From the NCBI GenBank assembly GCA_963772725.1, contig CAVYYI010000001.1:224001-288000 (forward strand): a DNA stretch of 64,000 nucleotides. The letters run 5' to 3'. Numbering within the stretch: the stretch's first letter is position 1; each line of letters begins with the position of its first letter. Shown here in pieces: positions 41,159 to 50,823 of this stretch. The position numbers were made by a program, and so were the translations under genes. The notes under the pieces are model-generated. The model did not search any database and had not been told where the DNA came from. It saw only the letters and a program-made list of their open reading frames with translations. This DNA is from an uncultured Phycisphaerales bacterium. Its GTDB lineage: Bacteria > Planctomycetota > Phycisphaerae > Sedimentisphaerales > Anaerobacaceae.

Positions 41159-44100
41159 CTACGGCCAGAGAACAAGTGTTCGCCAGTTCTGCGCAAGTAA
41201 TGCAAAGTCTTTGAAGTCAACCTTATTATCACCGTTCAAATTCGCTATTGACCAGACTGTCTGATTAACAGACGCCTTCCCGGCAAGATTGACTACCTCT
41301 GCCTGAGAAAGTGCATAATCATAGATACGGAAATCATCAATCTTACCACGATAATTCATGCTGCCGGTAAGAGCGTACCCTCCGACAAGGAACGTCTGCA
41401 GATATTTATACATCGGTCTAATCGCTTCATCATTCTCGGCTACGATAAGCCCGTTATGATAGATTCTCGCAATACCCGTTTCAGCGTTCTTTGTCACGGC
41501 GAAATGATTCCACGAGCCTCTAAATGCATCCGAAGGCGGATTCAACCAGTCTGCAGTGTCCCAGCCATAGTAAAACGATGCCCAGCCAGGCAGTTGCGGT
41601 TGAATGTGGCCGCTCTCAAAGGATATCATTGTTCCGGAACCTTGTGGAATTTCCAGACACAGTACGTGCCCTGGCGTACCAGTCCAGCTTACACTCGCGC
41701 TGCCATGGAACGCCATCTGCCTGGTATCCAGAGGTGTATTTACATCGCCATTCAACCACAGCGATACTGTTACCTGCGTATTAACATCAGTGGTATTAGT
41801 ATCATAGAATGTGGTCGCTTTAGGCACCTGTACTGTAACAGTGCCGTCACAAGACAGACATCCGCCGCTATGGCCGCTGGTACTCCATGCAACGTCTGTG
41901 CTAACGTTGCCATCGTTGTTATTGGCGATGGTATATCTGCTTGATGAATCTTCAGCGATATGGCCGCTGGTTTCATCAAACTTGTACCAGACCCTGCAAT
42001 GATTGGCATCTGGATTAGAGGCATAAACCGTGCCGCCGCCGCTCTGGAGCCAGTCATTAGCCATTATATCGACGTCGTTAAGGTCTTTAATGCAATCGTT
42101 GCCTGTCAAATCGCCTGTAATAAATTCAGATACGCATGTCTGAACATACAGGCCGATATCGTCGAAGTACACTGTTCCTGAGCCGCCTGAAGCTGGACTT
42201 GTTCTGTTGCCGATACCAACGATAATTTTCGTGATATTGGACAGGTTCAAGGCAGGTTTATTATCTTTGAAGGCCTGCAGGCTAATGTGCCAGGCAGTCC
42301 ACAATTCTTTTCGAACCGCATTAGCATCCGGATTATACACAATTGCGGTATTGGTGCCATCGGACAGCTCCATATACATCTTCTGTGCCGCATTGCTGAG
42401 TGCGCCCAGATAGTAAACGGTAATGGACTTAAAGCTGCTCATATTGGCAACCACAGGAGTGGCTTCCATCTCAGAGTAATAAGGCGGATACCATTCCACT
42501 CCGGGAGCGACTACTGTTCCGTCATTATCATAAGTGAACTTAACAGATTTTAAGCCGCCATGTCTAATTGTGTTGCTGTCATAGATGACCGAACCGCTGA
42601 GGCCTGCGGCATATGAGTCATAACCAGAAGCAGCGAACTTGGCAAAACCATCTGTCCATTTTTTCCAGATTGAACCGGTAGCAGGTGGGTATCTGTTATA
42701 AGGCGGGTCATAAGGTACCCCGGTGTTGGAGTCTATGTTATTGTAACTCTCAAAGTCTTCCAGTACCTTGTGGTCCGAGGTGGTAAACGTCCAGACCTGA
42801 CCCTTCCATACTTTTGCAAGAGTGAGATTGACCTCGTCAACTCTCCAGTAATAGGTCTTGCGGTAATCAAGACTGATTGGACTGAAACTATTCGAATCAA
42901 CACGGTTCTTATAGATACCTGTACTTGCGGTAGTGGCGCTGTTGACATCAGCCAAAACTGTGCCGAAATAAACATCGTGTTTCTTCGCAAAATTACCTGG
43001 TGCCCAGACAAGTTTTGAAACCGTGGCATCTACGCCTGTTGCGTTGTTCGTCGGAGTCGGAGAGTAAGCGATGTTATAATCAATAGGTCCAGTTGTCATA
43101 GTAGTGCTGCCGCCTGCAAGGCTCAGTGTAACAGGGGCGCCGTGGGAACCTGTAATCCAGCCGTCATCAATATACCCCTGATATGCGGATAGTTTATCGC
43201 CGGCAGAGACAATTTTACCAGGAGCGCCTATTTCTATATGGCCCTGGGACTTCATAGAGAGGCCGCCGCCTGTAAAATTGATTACGCCGCCGGTGAGTTT
43301 AATGGAACCGCTTATTGCTGTGGCCTCAGAAGGCAATGCCATCTTGCTCACGTTGAACGTGCCTCCGCTCATATTAAGTGTGGCAGTACCCAAATTGGGA
43401 AGTCTTATACCGCTGGCAGCAGTAGGGCAGTCAATAAGGCCACTGCTCATATTTATAGTGGCGACGCTGCTTGTACCAGTATATCCAGTTCTAATACCGC
43501 CAGTTCCCAAGAGAATTGTGGCTCCGTCTATGTTCAAAGTACCAGTTCCAGAGTCACCTATCCTAAGAATGTTCCCGGTGTTGTTTGCTTTGACTAAAGT
43601 GTTAGTCAGGGACACAGTGGCGTTGCCGTAAAAACCAAAATTCAAATCTTTGGAAAATTTAAGCGTGCTGCCGGTTACGTTCAGAGTGCCTGTGCCGTAT
43701 TGGCCCACGTCTAAGTCTGTGGTTGCAAAATTATTAAAATCCAAATAACTGTTCGTTACATTCATAGTGCCGATTCCAGTAAGACCCGTCGTAGTAGAAC
43801 CGCCGATATACAAACTCTTGGAAGCAGCCCTTGTAGTGATTGTACCGCCGGAGATAGTGAAGCTGCCCGTACCACCAGACTGATTTCCTATATAACAAAG
43901 ACCGCCCAATTGAAGTACACTGTTGTTACTCATTGTCGCAGTACCTGTTCCATAGTTTCCTACGAAAAGATTTCTGGATAGCTTAATTGTGCTGTTATTT
44001 ACATCCATACTGCCTGTGCCGTAATTGCCCACGAATAAGTCGGTGGTTGCAAATTCATTAAAATCAACCAAACTATTTTTTATGTTCAAAGTGCCAACGC

Positions 44101-44527
44101 CTGTGAGACCTGTGGTAGAACCGCCGATATACAAATACTTGCTAGCGGCCTTTGTAGCGATTGTACCGCCGGAGATAGTTAAAGTACCGGTCCCTTTGTT
44201 GCCGACGTATGTTAAGCCATACCGATTCATGATGCCGCCGTTAACATATACTGCGCCGGTTGAAGCATCTGCTGATGCTACGTACAGGTTGGCCGCAATG
44301 GCCGTAATGCTGTTCCCGATTAAGCATTCGTCAGCCCCGCCAACGGTGCCTTTATCGATGTAAGCAACATCGGCACTGGCCGGGACTGTGCCGGTATCCC
44401 AGTTGCTCGGAGTATCCCATTTCTGGTCCGTTGAGGTATTCGTCCAGGTCTTACTAGCGGCAGGGACCGTCCCTGCTATGACCAGAACCACAAATAAAAA
44501 TGCTAAACAAATTAATTTCTTACCCAT
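41159..44527 (-). CDS. Secreted beta-strand-repeat + FN3-like + CBM-like + LamG + split dockerin-like protein, copy 2
   Basis: MGKKLICL start after GGAGG; GxxGTGTLxIxGG repeats; HDVYFGT, TYYWRVDE; LamG; ends KVDFKDFALLAQNWRTLVLWP. Confidence 0.85.
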   Translation of the reverse strand: MGKKLICLAFLFVVLVIAGTVPAASKTWTNTSTDQKWDTPSNWDTGTVPASADVAYIDKGTVGGADECLIGNSITAIAANLYVASADASTGAVYVNGGIMNRYGLTYVGNKGTGTLTISGGTIATKAASKYLYIGGSTTGLTGVGTLNIKNSLVDFNEFATTDLFVGNYGTGSMDVNNSTIKLSRNLFVGNYGTGTATMSNNSVLQLGGLCYIGNQSGGTGSFTISGGTITTRAASKSLYIGGSTTTGLTGIGTMNVTNSYLDFNNFATTDLDVGQYGTGTLNVTGSTLKFSKDLNFGFYGNATVSLTNTLVKANNTGNILRIGDSGTGTLNIDGATILLGTGGIRTGYTGTSSVATINMSSGLIDCPTAASGIRLPNLGTATLNMSGGTFNVSKMALPSEATAISGSIKLTGGVINFTGGGLSMKSQGHIEIGAPGKIVSAGDKLSAYQGYIDDGWITGSHGAPVTLSLAGGSTTMTTGPIDYNIAYSPTPTNNATGVDATVSKLVWAPGNFAKKHDVYFGTVLADVNSATTASTGIYKNRVDSNSFSPISLDYRKTYYWRVDEVNLTLAKVWKGQVWTFTTSDHKVLEDFESYNNIDSNTGVPYDPPYNRYPPATGSIWKKWTDGFAKFAASGYDSYAAGLSGSVIYDSNTIRHGGLKSVKFTYDNDGTVVAPGVEWYPPYYSEMEATPVVANMSSFKSITVYYLGALSNAAQKMYMELSDGTNTAIVYNPDANAVRKELWTAWHISLQAFKDNKPALNLSNITKIIVGIGNRTSPASGGSGTVYFDDIGLYVQTCVSEFITGDLTGNDCIKDLNDVDIMANDWLQSGGGTVYASNPDANHCRVWYKFDETSGHIAEDSSSRYTIANNNDGNVSTDVAWSTSGHSGGCLSCDGTVTVQVPKATTFYDTNTTDVNTQVTVSLWLNGDVNTPLDTRQMAFHGSASVSWTGTPGHVLCLEIPQGSGTMISFESGHIQPQLPGWASFYYGWDTADWLNPPSDAFRGSWNHFAVTKNAETGIARIYHNGLIVAENDEAIRPMYKYLQTFLVGGYALTGSMNYRGKIDDFRIYDYALSQAEVVNLAGKASVNQTVWSIANLNGDNKVDFKDFALLAQNWRTLVLWP

Positions 44528-44690
44528 AATAAACCTCCATCTCAATATATGTACCGACTTTCTAATTCCATTTGGCTACACCCCAAATGGAATTTTAGGT
44601 ATCGGCTACCTTTAAGATTACACAATTTATCTTATGAATATGCTTTCTCCAGAGTATAATATCGCCTTACCCATCACTCCAGACAATTGC

Positions 44691-44754
44691 ATTATAAGCC
44701 GTTTTTATTTAAAAGTCAACACCATTTTGCGGCAATCTTAAACCATTTTGCGGC
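44691..44754 (-). promoter_or_regulatory. Operator copy 7 plus promoter, divergent from the regulator gene
   Basis: Minus strand gccgcaaaatggtttaagattgccgcaaaatggtgTTGACT, 17 bp, TATAAT. Confidence 0.9.
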
Positions 44755-44784
44755 AAATTCTGTCAATTTATTTAGGCTGCTATC

Positions 44785-44813
44785 TTGACGAAAAACCTAA
44801 AAAACACTATTAT
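44785..44813 (+). promoter_or_regulatory. Predicted promoter of the regulator gene
   Basis: TTGACG 44785-44790, 17 bp, TATTAT 44808-44813. Confidence 0.6.
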
Positions 44814-44872
44814 TCTAATTCGTTGGGATTTAATAATTGCCTTAGATGGGTGTAAGAGGGTATAAATAGCGT

Positions 44873-46045
44873 ATGGTAAATATACCCAAAGTTGTATTGC
44901 TGATTGAATCTTCGAGAGAATTTGGCCGTGAACTTCTGACCGGAATCTCACAGTACAGCCGCTTTCACGGTCCATGGTCGTTTTTTACACAGCAGCCTTT
45001 TTTTAGAACGGACCTCTTTGGTGAGCGAAAAACATTGAATCTTATAAAAAATTGGAATCCGACAGGAATAATAACGCGTGAAACCGGACATATAGATGAA
45101 ATAATAGCACTGGGACTTCCAACTGTTATCGCCGGAACTACAAAAAAACTGATACCGGATTATCCGATTATAGCAACGGATAATCTATCGGTAGGTACAA
45201 TGGCTGCCGAGCATCTGCTTGAACGGGGATTCAGGTACTTTGCCTATTGCGGTTTCGATGAACAGCGATGGTCGCGTGAGCGATGTGAAAGCTTCTGCAA
45301 AAGAATTATTGAGGCAGGTTTTTCAACCAAGCTTTATCAACAACCAAAATCGCAAAAAAAACGGGCATGGGATATAGAACAAACCATTATTGCTGACTGG
45401 ATAAAAGCGTTACCTAAACCGATAGGCCTGATGGCGTGTACCGATGAGCGAAGTCAGCAGGTTATCGAAGCGTGTAAACTTGTTGACATATCTGTGCCTG
45501 AGCAGGTAGCGGTTATAGGTGTTGATAATGATAATCTGGTTTGCAATCTGGCAAATCCACAACTGTCAAGTGTTGCCCTTGCTGTTGAGAAAGCTGGATA
45601 CGAAGCTGCGGAGCTGTTGGATAATCTTATGTCGGGTAAAGAAAAGATGGCTGGTCAGCGAATAATTGTCAGGCCGATGTACATTGAAATAAGGCGTTCG
45701 ACGGATATTATGGCGATAATGGACCCCGATGTAGTGCATGCTATGAAGTTTATTCGTGAACATTGCCGTGATATAATTCAAGTCGATGATGTCGTAGAGG
45801 ATGTTGCGGTGTCGCGGCGCGCACTTGAGCGCCGGTTTCGCAAGGTTTTAGGCCGGTCTATACTTGAAGAAATCAGGCATATCCGTGTTGAGCAGATAGT
45901 TCAAATGCTTGTCAAGACAAACCTTTCCATCTCAAAAATAGCATCAAAATTAGGATACACCGGAGTTGCACATATATCCCGGTACTTCCAAAAAGAAAAA
46001 GGAATGAGTTTATTGTCTTACAGAAAACAGCATGGTTTGCTGTAA
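44873..46045 (+). CDS. XylR-type transcriptional regulator (LacI-like sensor + C-terminal AraC HTH)
   Basis: VVLLIESSREFGRELL.GI, AAEHLLERGFR.FAYCG, VPEQVAVIGVDND, SRRALERRF, IASKLGY..YF.KE.GMS...YR; effector unknown so no symbol is given. Confidence 0.92.
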   Translation: MVNIPKVVLLIESSREFGRELLTGISQYSRFHGPWSFFTQQPFFRTDLFGERKTLNLIKNWNPTGIITRETGHIDEIIALGLPTVIAGTTKKLIPDYPIIATDNLSVGTMAAEHLLERGFRYFAYCGFDEQRWSRERCESFCKRIIEAGFSTKLYQQPKSQKKRAWDIEQTIIADWIKALPKPIGLMACTDERSQQVIEACKLVDISVPEQVAVIGVDNDNLVCNLANPQLSSVALAVEKAGYEAAELLDNLMSGKEKMAGQRIIVRPMYIEIRRSTDIMAIMDPDVVHAMKFIREHCRDIIQVDDVVEDVAVSRRALERRFRKVLGRSILEEIRHIRVEQIVQMLVKTNLSISKIASKLGYTGVAHISRYFQKEKGMSLLSYRKQHGLL

Positions 46046-46110
46046 TAACGATAAAATTTTTCCCTTTCACATATTACGCTCAATGCAATATCTTGCTAAT
46101 TGCATTATTC

Positions 46111-48408
46111 TTACGCATTTCCGGAATTTTCGTAGCAGCGAACATCAAACACTGCGGCAGGAATCTCAGTACTCGGTGCAGCCAATTCGACTGTAATGCG
46201 GTTAGTCTTTATAGGCGGATTGAGACTAATAGTATTGTGAGTCTGATAATTGTCATCCTTTTTATAAATCTCCTGCCCGGATGCATCGAGAATACGATAA
46301 CGGCGAACACAAAACGGCATAACATCTTCAGAATGGCCCATCTGCACAGATTCCATCGGATGGTCAAAGTCTGTGTCGAAAGTCAATTCGATGCGGCCAA
46401 TTGTTTGAGGCTTTGGCCAGGAAAGTGTTAGTCCCGGTTTGGTGTCATTGAAATCAGAAACCCATGCGTTTGGATTGGAAGCCGGACGACCAATACCGTT
46501 TATTATATTTTCAGGCTGGAATACGTTTATAGGCGGTTCAATTTTAATGGCTAAATTATGCCCTTTTGGGCGTCGCAGTGGAAGCCAGAACTCAAATTTT
46601 TCAACACCGATATCGTCAGGCGGATTTTGACAATTACTGGTTGCAACCTTACCATTAAACTTGTTTGTAACTGATAAAACACCCGTCAGACGCTGTTCGC
46701 TGCAATGGGCAGTAATATGTTCATTGGCCATCAGGCATACAAAAGCGTAACGGGGACAGTCTATAGTAACATCAAAGTCTGCTGTTACAGTCTGATTCTT
46801 GCCGATATTTAATTTTACTGTTTTAGCTGATAGTGTTACATCCGGTGTGTGATTTTCGGGGCTGCTGCTTACACGCAATTCCATCTGTAATGCTGTCGGC
46901 TTATCCACATCAAGAATAAAGGAAACTTTAGGCATAGCGCCAGCCGCGACAGGCAGCATCATCGCCCATGACTCATTTAGCTTTAATAATGGGCCTCCAT
47001 CTGCAAGTTCACTAAGACGCATTTGACTGGTGGCGCTAATTTTAGCTTTCACGGCGAGGTTGCCGGAATCATTCAGCTTCAGGCAGGGGATGTATTGCCC
47101 GGTGCGAAGTAATTTCTGCTGAAGCTCGTGTATTTGTTTTTCTCCAGAGATATCATGAGGAAGCAGTTTGTGCCGCCTGCATAACGCAGCGGCCATTCCG
47201 ACCGCCTGACCGTTGTGCGCACAGGTTGCCATAACACGTGTTGAACCAAACGCCACGTGTGAAACGCTGATAATTCGTCCTGTCAGAAAAAGATTTTTAA
47301 TATTACGGCTGTAAAAACAACGATAAGGAATCTGGTAAACACCTTTTGAGTGCCATTGAATACAGCCTGATTCTTTGCTGAATACGCCATCGGCAGGATG
47401 CAAATCAATAGCCCAGCCGCCAAAGGACACGGCATCGTAGTGTTTATGCTGCTCAATTAAGTCCTGCTGAATAAGCATGTAGTCGCCTTCAAAACGACGG
47501 CTTTCACGTTTGCCGGGGATATTGCCAACCCATTCAAGTGTCATTGTTTCTGCTTCAGGGAATTTGCCGGAATTCTTTATATAGTTCCAGACGCCGTAAA
47601 CAACTTCCCACAACTTATACTTTATGGCTTCGGTTTCGTGAATTGTGTCGAGCCTGCCGCCGTATTCGAGCCACCAAAGCTCACAACCCTGTTCCTTTGC
47701 GCGAAAGCATCTGTATCGTGGAATTTTCGTAATATCCTTCAATGCATAACTTGGCGGTACGAATTTTACAGGTTTGCCTGTGTCCTTGGTGTAAAAGAAA
47801 ATTGAATGGCCCAGCAAGGCGCCGTAATTATCATCTGGAGCGAATTTCTCGCCAAATTCTTTCTTAGATTCGGCCCCCATCCGAAAAGCAGCCCCTGAAA
47901 GAAAACCGACTACGCCGTCCCCTGAGGCATCGCAGAAAAGAGGTGCATAAACATCGTACATTGTGGAATTCTGGCTGCAAAACGCATGAACGCACTTAAT
48001 AGCATCCTGTTCCTTCTTGTCCAGAGCAAATACTACCGTATTGAGCAGAAGCGTTATATTGGGTTCATTTATCACTTTTTCAAGCATGACGGTATCAAAG
48101 ATGACCGGATTACCCTCTTTATTTCTGTATGTATTTTCAACAAAGATTTCATCGATAACGCCGCCCTCGCGCGCCCAGCGATTATTATTACCCATGTGAG
48201 AAGTGGCACCAAGACTCCACAGCCTTACTTCACTGGAAGCGTTGCCGCCGAGAACGGGCCTATCCTGGATAAGCGCTACTTTAATTCCGGCTCTGGCCGC
48301 GGTAATAGCGCAGCATGTTCCTGCCAGGCCGCCGCCAACTACAGCCAAATCACATTTAATATGCTCAATTTTCAGTTCCCGACACTCAATAGACTGCTTT
48401 ACTGACAT
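46111..48408 (-). CDS. FAD-dependent oxidoreductase (FAD_oxidored-type) with C-terminal beta-sandwich
   Basis: DLAVVGGGLAGTCCAITAAR, RPVLGGNASSE, DASGDG, GKRESRR, YQIPYR, STRVMATC; no signal peptide. Confidence 0.88.
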   Translation of the reverse strand: MSVKQSIECRELKIEHIKCDLAVVGGGLAGTCCAITAARAGIKVALIQDRPVLGGNASSEVRLWSLGATSHMGNNNRWAREGGVIDEIFVENTYRNKEGNPVIFDTVMLEKVINEPNITLLLNTVVFALDKKEQDAIKCVHAFCSQNSTMYDVYAPLFCDASGDGVVGFLSGAAFRMGAESKKEFGEKFAPDDNYGALLGHSIFFYTKDTGKPVKFVPPSYALKDITKIPRYRCFRAKEQGCELWWLEYGGRLDTIHETEAIKYKLWEVVYGVWNYIKNSGKFPEAETMTLEWVGNIPGKRESRRFEGDYMLIQQDLIEQHKHYDAVSFGGWAIDLHPADGVFSKESGCIQWHSKGVYQIPYRCFYSRNIKNLFLTGRIISVSHVAFGSTRVMATCAHNGQAVGMAAALCRRHKLLPHDISGEKQIHELQQKLLRTGQYIPCLKLNDSGNLAVKAKISATSQMRLSELADGGPLLKLNESWAMMLPVAAGAMPKVSFILDVDKPTALQMELRVSSSPENHTPDVTLSAKTVKLNIGKNQTVTADFDVTIDCPRYAFVCLMANEHITAHCSEQRLTGVLSVTNKFNGKVATSNCQNPPDDIGVEKFEFWLPLRRPKGHNLAIKIEPPINVFQPENIINGIGRPASNPNAWVSDFNDTKPGLTLSWPKPQTIGRIELTFDTDFDHPMESVQMGHSEDVMPFCVRRYRILDASGQEIYKKDDNYQTHNTISLNPPIKTNRITVELAAPSTEIPAAVFDVRCYENSGNA

Positions 48409-48560
48409 TTTAGGACTCCTATTACTATGTTCTTATTACGACACTTATGAAAACACATTCTCACAAAAACTAAAAACAAATTTCTCCTTCACGGGTTAAA
48501 TTAAAACCATAACTGGAAAACAATTATCTCTATGATTCAGGTATTTTGCAACAATTTTTT

Positions 48561-48625
48561 ATTTTACTATAACAGCTGTATATATTTCAACGCCATTATG
48601 CGTCAAACTGTAACCAATTTGCGCA
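48561..48625 (-). promoter_or_regulatory. Operator copy 8 plus promoter
   Basis: Minus strand tgcgcaaattggttacagtttgacgcataatggcgTTGAAA, 18 bp, TAAAAT. Confidence 0.75.
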
Positions 48626-48752
48626 CGGTACGAAGTGATAAAATAATGCCAGGCTTGTAACGTGGAAAGCGGATTACCGCTTTTGTGCTTTGATAAAATA
48701 TTTTTTTAGGGCGGTTCTTGGTATATGTAGTTATTGTGAATAGTAAATCTGT

Positions 48753-48816
48753 GTCGTAAATCGGTTATAGTTTTACGCAAAATGGTGTTGACGAAGCACA
48801 AAAGGTGTAATAATAT
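48753..48816 (+). promoter_or_regulatory. Operator copy 9 plus promoter
   Basis: cgtaaatc 48755, cgcaaaat 48776; TTGACG 48788-48793; 17 bp; TAATAT 48811-48816. Confidence 0.8.
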
Positions 48817-48915
48817 GTTACATATCGATTGAAGGAAATTGGACTAAGGTTTACTTGGTTGCAGAAGGATAGCCAGATGTTATGGCCATAAAAAAAGGAC
48901 TCATTCTTAAATTAA

Positions 48916-49044
48916 GCAGGCATCAAACAATTATGGAAATTTAAATGGCGTCGAAAGTTTGATACAAATCTTGGTCCAGTCAACTGTATCCCTTTTCCCA
49001 GAGGCTGGCCTGATTGGATGAAGGGTTTTAAAAGTTACGATTAA
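48916..49044 (+). pseudogene. 3' relic of a fourth prepilin/H-X9-DG gene
   Basis: Translates AGIKQLWKFKWRRKFDTNLGPVNCIPFPRGWPDWMKGFKSYD*, matching the C-terminus of 7179-8026; in-frame TAA at 48913-48915 and no start codon. Confidence 0.85.
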
Positions 49045-49136
49045 CTAATCAAGAATACGAATTTTCTACCGAATAGTTGTGAAAATCCGCGAAAAACAAC
49101 AATCATAAATAAGTGAATTTCAAATACAGGAGATCT

Positions 49137-50786
49137 ATGTATATGATGAGTAAAAAAATGTTAATTGCGATATTGTTATTGTATGTGCTTGCCGCAACAG
49201 CTTTGCCTGTGGATAGTAGTAAAAGTTTTACCCAGCTCTCGGCACATTGTGTCGAACAGACCGGCACAGTTCCGGAGGGAGCAGCGCAAACCGGCGTCCT
49301 TGTTCTGGCCAATGAGCCTAACAGCAACGCGAGTATTTCTATAGAATTCGATCTTAGCTCAATATCTTATGCAATAACGCCATTAGCAAGGCTGCAACTC
49401 GACGATGTAGGTAAATTGAAAGTGAATCGACTGGGTCAAAAACCAGGTGTAGAGCGTGGTGCTCTGCACGTGTTTGCGAAACTTTCCACCGGTAAAGCAG
49501 CAGAGCTTGTAGGAACCATTCCGGTGAAACCCGCCGGACTTCCCTTTTCCTATGTCATTGATATTACGCGCGCGGTTACCGATACGCTGGCGCAGCCGCA
49601 GGGGCAGAAAAAACTGCATCTGGAAGTGCGGATGGAGGGCAAACCATGTTTTTATGAGGTTTATGGTATGCCCACAGAAGGAGGTAAAAAACTGCCGACT
49701 TTGGAGATTGCTTCGCCTGTAGGCTGGACAAACGACTGGGAACAAAGACTCGTACCAATTAGCAGCGGCCCCCTTGTTTATAGAGAGTCCTGTATGCCTT
49801 TGGCTGTGGATCCTAACAAGGAGCTTACTTTGCAACTGTTATATCCGGCGAAAAAGATTACCGAGGTAATTCATAACGCCGCGGGCGCGAAACTCCAGGA
49901 AGGGCGTGACTGGATTTTACGCGACGGCAAGCTGGTTTTGCCCGCCGGTTCTCATGCTCCGATTCAACGGGAGTCTGAATTCTTTGCCCCTCTAAAAAAA
50001 GACAAAGATGGGACGGTCAAACGCGTTTATAATGAAATTCGCCTGGAAGAAGGTACCTGGTATCATGAACGACAGATTGAAGTAAGCTATGAGCCGACCG
50101 TGAGAGACTGGTCGTTCCCACCTCCAATTTCATCGCTCGATAACCTTCCGCGATTGAAGCGGTTGTTGACTACCAAATCGCCAGTTCGACTCATACTTTT
50201 CGGCGACAGCATTTCTGTTGGAGGCAACGCCTCCAAAGTCCAGGGTTGTTGGCCGTATCAGCCTTGTTTTGGTGAGTTGGTGGTGTGGAAGTTGGAGCAG
50301 TACTATGGAAACAAAATCACATTTATGAACCACTCGAGAGGCGGCGGTACCGCCAGTTATGGTGTCAGCCAGGTGGACAGTCAGGTCGGATGGTTCAAAC
50401 CGGACCTTGCCATCGTAGCATTTGGCATGAATGACCGCTCACCTGCCCGAAGGGTGGTGTTTCGCGCCAGTCTCGAAAAGATTATAGATACTATACGTGC
50501 AAGGTCTCCTGAAACCGAGTTCATCATCTTAGCACCGTTTATGAACAATCCTGTGCAACCAACCGGTTCGGAGCCTATCTTGGCCATCCGCGATGAAGCG
50601 CTCAAAATCTCACGCCCGGGTCTTGCTTATGTCGATGTTACCACCGCGCATCAGGAGATACTTAAACACAAAAAAAATTATCTGGACCTTTCCGGCAATG
50701 GCGCCAACCATCCAAACGACTTCCTGCATCGCATCTACGCGCAGCGTCTGTTGGAGGTATTGATACCAGACAAGCAGCGGAAATAA
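49137..50786 (+). CDS. Secreted SGNH/GDSL hydrolase (putative carbohydrate esterase), copy 1
   Basis: LFGDSISVG, SRGG, AFGMND, GNGANHPND blocks; AGGAG at 49128; start could be 49143. Confidence 0.85.
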   Translation: MYMMSKKMLIAILLLYVLAATALPVDSSKSFTQLSAHCVEQTGTVPEGAAQTGVLVLANEPNSNASISIEFDLSSISYAITPLARLQLDDVGKLKVNRLGQKPGVERGALHVFAKLSTGKAAELVGTIPVKPAGLPFSYVIDITRAVTDTLAQPQGQKKLHLEVRMEGKPCFYEVYGMPTEGGKKLPTLEIASPVGWTNDWEQRLVPISSGPLVYRESCMPLAVDPNKELTLQLLYPAKKITEVIHNAAGAKLQEGRDWILRDGKLVLPAGSHAPIQRESEFFAPLKKDKDGTVKRVYNEIRLEEGTWYHERQIEVSYEPTVRDWSFPPPISSLDNLPRLKRLLTTKSPVRLILFGDSISVGGNASKVQGCWPYQPCFGELVVWKLEQYYGNKITFMNHSRGGGTASYGVSQVDSQVGWFKPDLAIVAFGMNDRSPARRVVFRASLEKIIDTIRARSPETEFIILAPFMNNPVQPTGSEPILAIRDEALKISRPGLAYVDVTTAHQEILKHKKNYLDLSGNGANHPNDFLHRIYAQRLLEVLIPDKQRK

Positions 50787-50823
50787 TTTCAGTTTCATTA
50801 CCATAAAAATAAAGAAATAAGTT

